The notes under the pieces are model-generated. The model did no database searches and was not told the DNA's origin. It saw only the letters and a list, made by a program, of their open reading frames with translations. A stretch of DNA of 64,000 nt from NCBI GenBank assembly GCA_965235115.1, contig OZ249452.1, forward strand, positions 13,640,001 through 13,704,000, written 5' to 3'. Origin of the DNA: Laetmonice hystrix. Taxonomy: Eukaryota. The position numbers were made by a program, and so were the translations under genes. Shown here in pieces: positions 36,304-49,200 of this stretch (position 1 is the first letter of the stretch; each line of letters starts with the position of its first letter).

Positions 36304-38344
36304 TTAAAACTCGAGAGTAAGTCGGAAACCTACAGGGGCTTTAATTATTATTCTTTTATTATCAGAGTGTCTTAAAGTGTAACATTAGTTGGCTACGCAC
36401 ATACTAGCTAGGGATCTACTGTAGGGCCGCGGGACTAATAATGGCTGATGGTTCTTCAGTTCTGGGGAAACTACTTCTACTCTGGTAAAGAAAAACACAC
36501 AGATGGGATAGAAAAGGAGTATAGGCCTCTGGCTTTATATACAAATACACGCTTTGAGAACCACTTGATGTCCTAGTCAGTTCACTACAACACAACGGTC
36601 CGATAAAACCCTTCTGACAATGTTGATTGATGGTCTCGATACAATCATGTCTGTGTGGTAAACTTGTATCTTAGCGTAGCCTTGCCACTCTTCATTCTGA
36701 AGCGAAGAACACGCCTTGGTCACAAACAACTAAAGGGCTGAAAAGGACTTCATATAAGTCCAGAAAAAGAATAACTACTATTTTCGAGACTCCATAAATG
36801 AGATCTAATAATTTGAAATTTCATTAAAAAAATTCAAGACGCCTCATTCAATCAAGTTGTTTGATGCAAATCTTAACGTCAAACGCTTGTTATTGGTGTC
36901 TCCCTTAACATAGGGTCGATGGTTCACATTTCCGGTTGCTTTTGTCGCAGTCTGAAGGAACGTCGAAGGAGGACCGCGCCCTACCACAAAGAGCGGCATT
37001 AAATTATTGCAAATTTGTAGTAGCAATCCCAACAGTGATGTTCTTTTCCCGGAGTGTTCGTTCGAATCGCTTGTCTTGTTGTCTTGAATAATTACAAATT
37101 CATGACCTTGTACTACGTGCCTTGAGGCTGGCCGTTTGGAGCTGGTAAGTTTCCTTCACAGCTCCAAGTCAATAACTCCATTCTTTTGTAGAATCACTCG
37201 CACTGATATAGCTTAGAGTCGGTGTACATACGTAACTTTCCATGGAGAATACGACGAGGTTTCAAGTATCCTTGATGATAAAGCCTAATTTCACATATCT
37301 ACAAGTTTGTTGAAATATTTCAGAGGATTCATACAGAAGCTATAAGAGGCATCCTTTGACTTAGACTGTCTTAACGACCAAGGTCATGGTCAAGGTACAG
37401 CCGTCCACCTCTGCGCCTGCGCGGGTCCAGGAAGGGGCGGGGGAGTTAGAGGAGCACGTGTTCCTCTAGGCTAGTCACAAAATAATCTAACAGACAGACT
37501 CACACAGATTGCGCTATACCCAACCCGTTTACCCCACGCATGGAAACATTTGCGACCCCCCTCCCCCCACCTTTTTTCAACTCCCCCTCCTGGACCCACC
37601 CCTATTTCTGGACTGACATACGGTACAGGTACCTGCCCAAGTTGTAACATTTAGGATACTTCGAGAAAATTGTACACTGAGAAAAACATTAACTGCACAA
37701 GTCCATCCAAATTACTACATTAACATTTCCACGTAAAAACGGTCACATAATGACCAGTACTGGGACTAAGTACACATTCATTTGAAGATCTACAATGTCA
37801 TGTATTATGTACATGTCTACATCGTTTCCGTGATATCTGGAAGTACATTTTGTATTATCGAATAAATGTCAAGAGAGGCCAGAGCCACTTGTGACAGACT
37901 TTGTGCATTCGCGGCGACATTTAGATCTGCAGGATTGACATATATCTGATCAAGATATGTATCTAGGTCAAAGAGCAAGAATCATGACAACGTGGGTCAT
38001 ATTCGGGTTCCAGCGTTCCTGTTTTTTTTTTATACAAATACAGGATAAGTTCAAGCTGCACCCACACAAACATGAATGATATAACAACAGATATGGATTA
38101 GGACCCAGATTTTCTATACTTTATGATCATTGGTGATCATAGAGGACTGTTTTATATACAATAACAATAACAAAATGTAAACAGAATGATTGACTTACAA
38201 TGCTCAGTGAAAGCTAAAGTATTTCATCTAGTGCAACACTTAACTCCTGACTCAAGGAACTCAGCTTCACTTCTGTGTCTTCACTCAAAAAATTATATCT
38301 CTATATATGTAATAGTCTAACCAGAGATCGCCCAGTAAACTCAG

Positions 38345-38502
38345 CATCACTCACACAGTCACATCACTACACACCATCACTCACACAATCACATCACTAC
38401 ACACCATCACTCACACAATCACATCACTACACACCATCACTCACACAATCACATCACTACACACCATCACTCACACAATCACATCACTACACACCATCAC
38501 TG
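38345..38502. repeat. 30-bp minisatellite (tcacacaatcacatcactacacaccatcac), ~5 copies
   Basis: Direct tandem units; source of the SLTQSHHYTP ORF. Confidence 0.95.
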
Positions 38503-38539
38503 ATAGTTTCATTGTATGAGAATTCTCCAGTAAACTTAA

Positions 38540-38953
38540 GTATCGACAGGTCAACAGCTACGTTCAACTCTTTGATATCACCAATATCACTAGGTTTTAC
38601 CGTATTTTACCATAACACCAGTTGAACCCAGTAAGTTGGTTGGTATCGACAGGTCAACAGCGACGTTCAACTCTTTGATATCACCAATATCACTAGGTTT
38701 TACCGTATTTTACCATAACACCAGTTGAACCCAGTAAGTTGGCTGGTATCGACAGGTCAACAGCTACGTTCAACTCTTTGATATCACCAATATTACTAGG
38801 TTTTACCGTATTTTACCATAACACCAGTTGAACCCAGTAAGTTGGCTGGTATCGACAGGTCAACAGCTACGTTCAACTCTTTGATATCACCAATATCACT
38901 AGGTTTTACCGTATTTTACCATAACACCAGTTGAACCCAGTAAGTTGGCTGGT
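38540..38953. repeat. 103-bp x4 tandem repeat
   Basis: gtatcgacaggtcaacag... starts at 38540, 38643, 38746 and 38849. Confidence 0.97.
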
Positions 38954-40284
38954 CAGCCAGTAATTTGCCTAGTTGCACACACACCTTTCCAGAGAACGAC
39001 ACTGCATTACAATCACCAAATGACATCTTTACACATCAAACCCGCATACTGGTAGACTTCGTCTAATTTGGAAATACGCTTACACATTGGTACAAGATAT
39101 AAAAAGAATACTTATTATATTTTGTAAAACGTGACCAAGCTAGGTCACACTAATATCTCGTTGCACAATACGTTTTTCAGCACCGGACCAGAACGTGAAC
39201 TGCCAAAGGCATGTTTCTATTATTTCCAATGTTACGAAGATGAAGCTTGTGAAAATTTCCAAAATATGAGTTGAGGTTATTTCTCGGGACATAGCCGAGA
39301 GGTCCTTTGTTGTGATAATTCTGTTGTCAATAATTAGCACCAGCAAGTAACATACTGGTAATATTAATGCTTTTAGATAGTTTTCACAGAGATTTGACAA
39401 TATGATATTTCAATTTAGCATATAATACCCACACAAATTGGTAAAATACATTGTATGGTACTGCCAGCCAATGCCACTACAAACTTTACGACTACATAAA
39501 TATTTTGTGCATCTCTCTTGCTAGCAACAAATCAACAATCTCGCAGACGCAATCATCTGCAAAACGTAACGACATTAAATCACTTCCTCAACAAATATCA
39601 TGTCAGAAATACTGCACTAGCATCGAGACGAACTACCCAACATACAACCATCGTATCGGAGCATAAATCTGCAACCATAGCACAGTGGAAAATCCTTAAC
39701 TCTACTCCCGTAACACAGTAGCAGAACTTTATCTAAAAGTTCCTCTGGTTTCTACAGCGCGTTTTTAATTACCTAACAGTAATCAAAACGAAAGCAACCC
39801 TACTGTACATTATCAGAATCACCTATGTCTTCAGTACATTATAGAAGGATTTCATGAAGTTTCTCTCGAGGTTTTCAATAAAATTACGACCAGTTCATCA
39901 ACTGCTATGGAATAACTGGTATATATATAATAATGATAATTTACCTATTTCTGTTTCACACCATCACAGTCTTAGAAAGGAAATGACGTTGCTCTATCAC
40001 AATCATTTCCTACAAAACTCTTTTGACTTAGATAACAACTCACTGGAATAAGGGATCCATTCTTCCCCGGCAATTCTGTATCTTTTTGCATACACTGATA
40101 TTTTTACGACCATTTTGTCGTTCTGTATTTCCGCCCTCCTTGTCCTGACAGACCTAGTTCCCGGGTCGTTCCCGATTCTCAAGCGTTGCCCCTGGAGATT
40201 CGACCTAATTTGGACGAGTTCCCGGATAGCTCACTCAGGTAGTTGTTCTAAAAGTTGCCACTATGTGGCGCTGGTCTCAGAGAT

Positions 40285-43200
40285 CTAGATCTTCTCTATC
40301 TGGATCTGGTGGTAGCAAGCCTGAAGCAGAAACAGCAATGGTAATATTGACACAAGTGCCTCAATTTGGCAAAGATGTGACATAATCCCCGGCTTCAGGG
40401 AACAGATACTACCATTACAAGAGACGCAAGCGGCAAAATGGTAAGTGTCAAATTATCAATAAGGCAACATCTTGAGTAAACCTTCCCATTGCATCGAAAA
40501 TGCGATGACAATCCTGATGTTATTGAAGGATAATAACACTACATGTGTCTCCCTCCATTATAAATTATGTTATCATATATCTTACTCCTTGCCTCACCAT
40601 GACCCTGTGAACCTTGACTGACCTTGAGGGTGGTGAACATGATGCCAAGTTCACCGTGTTCCAGGTGCGGTTCCATGAGGTCGTCGATGAAGTGGATCTC
40701 GGCCCCCAGGTGGCGTATCCCCGCACGGACCACAACAAACAGGAACACTGGGAACAGTTCGTCCATACACCACTGGACTGGACCAATCCAGAGCTGGACC
40801 TCCTGAAGGTCAAACAAAGGTAATATTTACAAACCCCTAGTTCAAACAAAGGTCACGTGTATACACTCCTGAAGGTCAAGCAAATGTTACATGTACACTC
40901 CTGAAGGTCAAACAAAGGTTACATGTACACTCCCTTAGGTCGAACAGTACACGTCTACACCAGATTAAAGAGAAATCATGTCTCATTAAAGGTCACACAG
41001 TACACCAGGCAAGGTCGAAAGGGGCACATCTACAGCCCCTAAGGTCACCAGGGAAAGTCTATACTCCATCAAGGTCAAACCATACAGGGGTGTGATTCAC
41101 ATATCGTGGTCTGTAGAGATTGTAAGGAGTGGCGTGTTACCTTGTTGATAGCATTGAATGTTTCTTTGATCGTCCTCAGCTTCTCCTCCGGGCTGAATGA
41201 CGTACTGTAGAAACATCGTAAAGAATATGACGTCAGCAACAATGACAAACACGAGCTAATCAACCTGTCTGGACTCTCTATGGTCTGACTAGGATATTCT
41301 GAATATATGACATGTTGAACTGACCTGATATGTTGGAGCGTCTCGGTGGGGTCCCGGTAACACTTGTCCTTCACACTGGACAACTGCTGTAAACATAACA
41401 CACCACAACATCAATATCGCAGTGGTACCCGCAAATAAAGGACTTCGTGGGGTTTTTAAACTTTAAGTGTTAAAGTGACCAGCGGTAGAATACCCACTTG
41501 TTTGGACTTCAGCATGGATTCATCAATCAGCCAAAACTTTCTGTAAAGAGACATTCAAAATACAATCACTTATTGAACCACGGAGGCACCATGTGACGTC
41601 ACAAGCGTTAAGCTTTTTATAATAAACGACGGTTCAATTCTTCAAAACTTAAGATTCTGCTTAAGCTTATTTTTAAGCTTAATGTTTCTGATTGGCCAGT
41701 CTGCTGTAACCAACCAATCCTAAGCAAAATCTTAAGTGTTCCAAACCCCGGCCCTGGAGAGAGACAGGCCTGACTTACTGGTCCATTCCGAGAGCTGCCA
41801 TGAGACCCATGTCCGACTGTTTGTTCCACTGTGTCAGCCGTTTCCAGTATCGCTCGTCTTCCTTCTCATTGTAGAGGGCGTAGAGGGTGAACAGTGGGGG
41901 GTAGATCTTGGGTAGGAGGAGAGGGTAGAGTAGGCACCCCGCCGTCACAACCACCACCCTGTACAGATAAACGGTCACATAATGGTAAACCAAAAAATTA
42001 CTTTTTTTTTTCTTTTTTTTTTCAACTTAGCAATTTTAATAGATTTCATGTCTTTGAATTGCCGTTATGTGAATGTTATTGTCCCATTCTAGAGGTTGGA
42101 CATCATGGTCTCATATTTTGCGATATTTAAAAAAGGAGCCACGGTTTGACAAAGTATAGAACGATGGGGAGAGTCCTTACGTAGTGCTGTCCTCTGAGTC
42201 CTGGTCTGGGTTGTCGTCCTGCTGTGTGTCAATTGTGAAAACTTGATGATGGTCCTGGTTTGGTAGGCTGGGAAATAACAACCTGCGACAGGTAAAAAAC
42301 GCAAATATCAGCTGGGAAAAAAATGGGAATCACAACATGCGACAGGTAAAAACGGAAATATCATCCTGGAAAAACGGAATAACAAACTACGACAGGTAAA
42401 AAACGCAAATATCAGCTCGGAAATAATGGGAATAACAACCTGCGACAAGTGAAAAACACAAATATCAGCTCGGAAAAAACGGAAACAACAACCTACGGCA
42501 GGTAAAACTGCAAATATCAGCTCGGAAAAAAATACCCGGGATTGAGAAAAATAACCTGGTTTGGCTAAAAATAACCCGGCATGAGAAGTAACGGGCAATG
42601 AGATCGTACCTGACCAGTGGGTAGATTCTAGTAACATACGACTTGACCTCAGCGACAGCGTGGGTCAGTAATCGTGGATGGTGTGCACCGATTCCCATGT
42701 ATGTCGCTCGGTACACATCTACCAGTCCTTCCATCAACTTCCCCAGTGGGTGAAACGGAGTCTCGAACGCCTGCAATAAACCAAGTCAAAGTCTATGAGA
42801 ATTAGTCATTCTATTCAAATATCAATGAATTTACCTCAAATTGTGAAGAAAATTCACGGAAATACAGTAAACTTCACAGAATCGACTGGACTGACTCGCA
42901 TTAATCTTGCTTCCGTTTTCTCCTGTACAAACAAACCTTTGTCAGATAGTTTCGGACAATGTCGTAATCCTCAACTGACAACGTCCCCTGGGTTTGGCGA
43001 GGGATTTTCTCCAGCTGTTCCAGGATGTCACTGGCGACCTTTGACCTGATCACACAGCAAAACAAAGGAGGACAAATTTTAATTAGCAACAAAATACAGG
43101 TCAAATACGTTATTCCCGATGGTAACACGGTTTTTCAAAGCATACAAACAAAAACATCCATTACAGTTGAAACTCTACCTTTTACTGTCATCCTTGAGTG

Positions 43201-46200
43201 CCTTGCGACCGTTAGACACCATTACAGCCACAATCTCCCACGCCTTGGATGTCTCTACCACTCTGTCACCATGACAACCAAGGATGGTGTAGCAGTGGTG
43301 GAAGATGTCCTCCCACTTCCAGTCTGCAGCCACTGCCAGCTTCCCAAACGTCCTGGAAACGGCAAGGGAAACGTTGGTACATATCTTTTCTGAGGATTAC
43401 ATGGAAAATTGGAATGACTCCTCACAGGACAGCTTGCCCTGATAAAGTCCCTAACCTGACTGATGCAGTTATAATCTGACTGATTAAACCAAGGCTGAGT
43501 GACGTTCAAAAGTCCTAGCCCGAGTGGTTAAGTCCTAGGCTCAGTGGTTAAGTCCTAGCCTGAATGGTTGTGGCCTAGCCTGAATGGTTGTGGCCTAGCC
43601 TGAATGGTTAAATGTCCTAGTCTGAGTGGTTGTGTCCTAGCCTGAATGGTTATGTCCTAGTCTGAGTGGTTGTGTTCTAGCCTGAATGGTTGTGTCCTAG
43701 CCTGAATGGTTAAGTCCTAGCCCGAATGGTTAAGTCCTAGGCTGAATGGTTATGTCCTAGCCTGAGTGGTTATGTCCTAGCCCGAGTAGTTAAGTCCTAG
43801 CCTGAGTAAGAACAATGACCGTACGTTGGTACCAGGCCCAGTGAGTGAGTGAAACCCTTGCGTTCAGTCAGTGGTTCGGTTGTCTTGTAAAACATGCCAT
43901 CTTTGATCTTGATGCCCTCAGTGAATGACCCACTGAAGTGACCCTCAATGTAGTCACCATTCGGGAGGGTCAGCGTACCCTGGAAACATACCATCGCATA
44001 CAACGCAAATTACAACCTCAAATTCTTACTGAAACTTAATTCATCAGATTGGCTAATCTGCTTCAACCAGTAAATAATCAGAAGCGTTAGGTTTAAGCAA
44101 ACACTTAAGTTTTGAAAAATCGACATATCTACAAATTATAAAATCACTGACTTATCTTGGTCATGCTACCGTTATAACCCAGCCAGTGGGTAAAGCTCAT
44201 ATAGCATATAGCTCTGTATAGGAATTACCGAAATAACCAGGCCAACCTGAGCAGACAGACTGGAGGCCTGAGTACACTCACCTTGCCGTGAAGGTTAGGG
44301 CCTCCGGAGAAATCACCCTCAAAATACGAATTGTCCTCCGTCATCAGAAGACCAAACCCCTGAAACGGAACATCAATCCTCAGTTACTGTGGGAGTATCC
44401 AGACGGACACAGAGAGGATACTAATCCCTGGGACACATGAGGATACAGAGGAGGTTCTTCGTATCCCTGGATAAACTGAATGTTACTTACGGACATTTTG
44501 TCGTGGGTAAAACTTCCCTCGAAGTACATGCAGTCGAGTGTCACGATGATACCGTTACCATGGCGCGTATCGTCCTGCCACATCCCCATGTACTTCTGAC
44601 CTATCGGAGCAGACGACACAGGAACCGAGTTATGGGGGCGGGGGTTGGATTAGGGGGCAGAGATCTAATTACTTTTAGGTCTGTGCACTGGGAGGAGAGG
44701 TTAGCAGATCCGCACATAACCAACAAACGTTTTCAGTGCCATCTAGCGGATATAAATAGAACTACAGCCAGTTATATTTGGAAACACTGATCCATATTTT
44801 CACAGGCTAAGAACGTGGTAAGAACTTAGGGCTGCTCGCCTCAGCATTCCAAGCTTAAAACTACTCAAGAACTTGAAAAAGAATGAAAATCCTGCACAGC
44901 CTACCCTTTGAAATATCATCCAGAACGCCGTAGCCACACTTCTTATCGGTGACCCACTCTCCGATATAGATAGAAGCAATCGGGGGTGAACCAGACGTGA
45001 TCTTCCCACGCTTCATCACCCCATGGCCATGCTTCCTACCCTCCTTAAAGTACCCCTCATACACGTCTCCATTGGCATACCTGGATTGTCACGTGATCAC
45101 CAATTATAGTCACAAAATCAACTAAAACAACTTTATCTTTATTCTATGCAACCAGGAGCCTGTATCCTTAGTAACAGCAGGTCTGGTTAGCTTTGCCTCG
45201 TTACATCTGGTTATCTTTATCTTAGAAACATTTGAGTATCTTTAGATAACTGAGCTGCCTTGATCTGTGTGACTCACTTGACTGTTCCAAGGCCGTGCAT
45301 TTTCCCACCCTTCCAATGTCCGTCATAAACCTCCGTCTCACTTGGGTCCTTTGGGGTTGTGTAGATACCGTGGCTAAAACAATGCCGGGGGGCAACACAA
45401 ATTTATCTTTCACAAATCTCTGATATTGTACGCGGGGAAGAGTTACTTTATCTTTCTCATGTAAATCTACGTGAACCTGTGATGTTACGTACCCGTGCTG
45501 AAGTCCTTGTTTAAACTTTCCAACATAACGTCGACCGTCTGGCCAGGTTAATTCACCACTGAAACATGAGAGGTTCAGTTACAATCCTCTTTCAAAGATT
45601 CTAAACATGACTGACTGACACAACGTATAATACAGAAAACATTAAAATATGACATAGTCATGATTGACCCAGAAAGTATACACTTTAGCCATGATTGTTC
45701 CAGCTCTCCCAAATGTTGTTGGTCCTGGGCTGGTGGTCGAAAGGCCTAGACTCAAAAATTATACATAAAAAAAGTTCTGGACACAAAATGTATCGAGAGG
45801 GCAGGTTACATCAAGATGTTACTTACTGTCCGTGCATCTTGCCGGCCAGCCACATCCCGACATACTTGGCTTCCTTGAGGCTGGCGTTCTTGTAGAAGAC
45901 ATGTTTAGCTTGGCGTGCGAGCGGTGGAGTAAGTCTAGCTCCATCCACACGGGGGCGCAGCTGTTGTTTCTGGTCAGATAATGCCTTGTCGATGGCCTGG
46001 TTAAAGGCCCACAGCCACTCGGCCTGTATGTAGTTATTGTAATATTTATTTCATGATCCTGTCAAGAGTTCCGGTCATTTAGAGGATTATCTACCTGATC
46101 TATTAATTTAATCTTTGCTCAATTTTAATGATATATGTCATCACTAGAAATGATGAAGCTCACCTTGTCTGAGGCAGATGGTGCTGTGAGTATTAGGACT

Positions 46201-49200
46201 TCTTCCGGCATCGTCAATGTGATGGCGTTTCTGAATGGCAGCATACTCATTCTAATCTGTGTGTCATTTTGTTGGACTTGGTTTACGGGTTCTAGAAGTG
46301 TTGTCCAAATATTCTCCACTCTCAGCAAAAATTTGATCATTTACAAATTATTTTTATGTCAACCTAGAAATACAGACTGCATTTGACTTACTTAAGTTGG
46401 CTGGAGTCTGAAACTGCTTCGACCCAGATAGTTGGAAGGGGGAAGGTTTGGTGCATGGAATACTGAAATACAAGGTAGTGGTAAGGGGTCGATTGAAGGG
46501 TAGAATATGGGCATGCAAGGCCTGTTTTACAGGTATGCGCTGAGTGGTTTTAAATTGTTCTAATGGGCCACAGTAACATTCAAAACACAGTGACCCGTGA
46601 GCATGTCCCAATGGGCCATAAAGGCATAATGAAACAGACAACACTGTGAGGGATAAACTTGTCCAAAAATGCCACAGCAAAACTGTAAAAAACTAAGCTG
46701 TGAACTTGTACCAATGGGCCACCGTAAAATAAAAAAATATGTGAAATGTGAATTGTGCTAATGACCCACAGTAAATTCAAGCATTTTGTGAGATGTGAAC
46801 TAATTCAAATGGGCCAAGGCCGATTCAGACCACTGCAATGGGTGAGTCTAGCAATTTGGCTACAGTAAAGCTGAATTTATTGTGAGCTGTGAATTTATCC
46901 TAACGGGCCAAAACAGAGCATGTACCGGTACTTACTGGAGGAAAGCCGCCCTGTGGGTGAGCCAGACAAGAAAACAAAACGGAGCTGGATCTTCGGTGGT
47001 ATTAATGCACGATATTTACACAAGCTTTGATTGCAGGTCTGTAAAATTTACCTATCCATGAATCTATCTGTCTATGAATCCTCACCTGTCCGTGAACGAA
47101 GACGTCTGAGAACAGGATCAGCCAGTGCATTGAGAATCGTCCACTTGACGGAATGCTGATCGGGTTACCTTTGCTTTCTCTCACCAGGCGGCGCCCTGGA
47201 TGCCGCAGAGCCTCCTAGTGACAGAAATGAGAACCTTTGGAACGCTGGACAGATATGCTTTCCGTAAGTAACTACATTTGTTATATACACAAATAGTACG
47301 CTGTAAATGAGGATATTCAATAGGAAAATTCCGCATTCTACAAATTGATTATAGAATGTAAGTACATACGGCAAACTTTGGTGGACAGGCCTCCCAGAAC
47401 TTGCGTGTGTTTTCAGCCATGTTGTGCTCGGTGCTGGCCGACTGTTTGAGTGAATCCCACAGCTGGCTGAGCTGACTCAGGTGTCCGTGCTCCGCAGTAT
47501 ACTGTCATAGAACAACAACATTTACTGGTACATTTTACTGTCATAGAACAACAACATTTACTGGTACATTTTATTGTCATAGAACAACACTTACTGGTAC
47601 ATTTTACTGTCGTAGAACAACACTTACTGTTACATTTTACTGTCATAGAACAACACTTTTGTTTTATTGGTGGGGGAGCGGGATTCCCCAAATAACCGGG
47701 CATGCTTTTCTCAAAGTATGACAGCTACAATACAGTTGCAGACTAATGGAAGACCTAGCTAGAGAAATATGGACTGACAGACTTCAGCCATGTCCCTGTA
47801 CAATGTACCTTAGGAGTGGCTGCCCACTAGGGGCCCGGTAACTTACCGCCGGGTACCGCAGCGCCACCTTGCTGATATGTTTGGAGTAGTCCTTGAGTCG
47901 GTGAAGTGGAACCTGCATCAGACGCCGTAACGTGACGGCCATGTTGGAACGGTCTACTTTTGTCTCCTCTAAAACTTCAATGAAATGCTCCCGGACTTTG
48001 TCAAAAAAGGTGCTGCAAAACAGAGCGACGGTGATCATTTGTATCAGATGTTGACTCTTTATCAAACAAATCAAAAGATGTCAGATTTATCTATTTTCTG
48101 ATACCAACCAATACTGGTGACGTCTATTACTCTATTTCCAGTGTTTTTTTTCACTTCGACGAAAAGAACATTGATCAAAAACATAAAGCAAACTGAATTC
48201 TTTTTAACAGTATTTTGATGCCAAAGTGTCCTATGAAATCAAATAACCTACAAATCTCCGCTGTGCGACCTCGGCTATGAAGTAACTACAGAATCTTGAC
48301 AGTGTAGATTGTTCTACACAATAACTACAGACTCGCCATTATGAAATTTACTTCTGTAGACTTTTACAGATATATAAGCTGTCTCACAAAGGTGTAACTT
48401 ATTCTATAGGAATCTGGGTGACGGAATGGTAGGAGGAGGGATTTGTGAGAAAGACAGAACCTGATTACAACTTTGAAGTGATTGACCTACATGTATACGG
48501 TGAATGTCACTGTGACGTGACTAACGGCAACTGTGCTAAACAAAGGGTGGGATCGCTTGGATGATTCCTGGTGATTAATTAATTAATTAAATCATTGGGA
48601 AAACCCTGTGATCTCCTTAAAATACGCTTTATTTAGCACCACAAGGTTCATCTGCCAATGATCCCGTCAGAGCCTGCAATAAGGCTTTTATGCCTGAACC
48701 ACTTGAGGTGTCAAGTCACGGTGGGCTAGATAATGATCCCTTACACTAGGTCTGGCAGTGTGGAAAGAGTCCTTGGTGTAACCTTTGTTGAAATGTGTGG
48801 ATAGATTTCTTGGTGTAACCTTTGTTGAAATGTGTGGAAAGATTCCTTGGTGTAACCTTTGTTGAAATGTTTGGAAAGATTCCTTGGTGTAACCTTTGTT
48901 GAAATGTGTGGAAAGATTCCTTGGTGTAACCTTTGTTGAAATGTGTGGATAGATTTCTTGGTGTAACCTTTGTTGAAATGTGTGGAAAGATTCCTTGGTG
49001 TAACCTTTGTTGAAATGTGTGGAAAGATTCCTTGGTGTAACCTTTGTTGAAATGTGTGGAAAGATTCCTTGGTGTAACCTTTGTTGAAATGTGTGGAAAG
49101 ATTCCTTGGTGTAACCTTTGTTTAAATGTGTGGAAAGATTCCTTGGTGTAACCTTTGAGGAAAAGTTTGGAAAGCTTCCTTATATTTAACCTTCTCTGGC

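Larger units (their letters stand above)
33077..40130 (+). repeat. Tandem segmental duplication, copy 2 (contains extra ~3 kb at 36718-39700)
   Basis: See copy 1. Extra segments relative to copy 1 at ~34825-35220, ~35730-35790, 35866-36312 and 36718-~39700. Confidence 0.8.

Noticed and set aside
40437-40823. Apparent plus-strand gene (ATG|gtaagt at 40438 and ORF 40614-40823)
   Set aside because: It is the antisense of the ALS2 VPS9 exon and adjacent intron.
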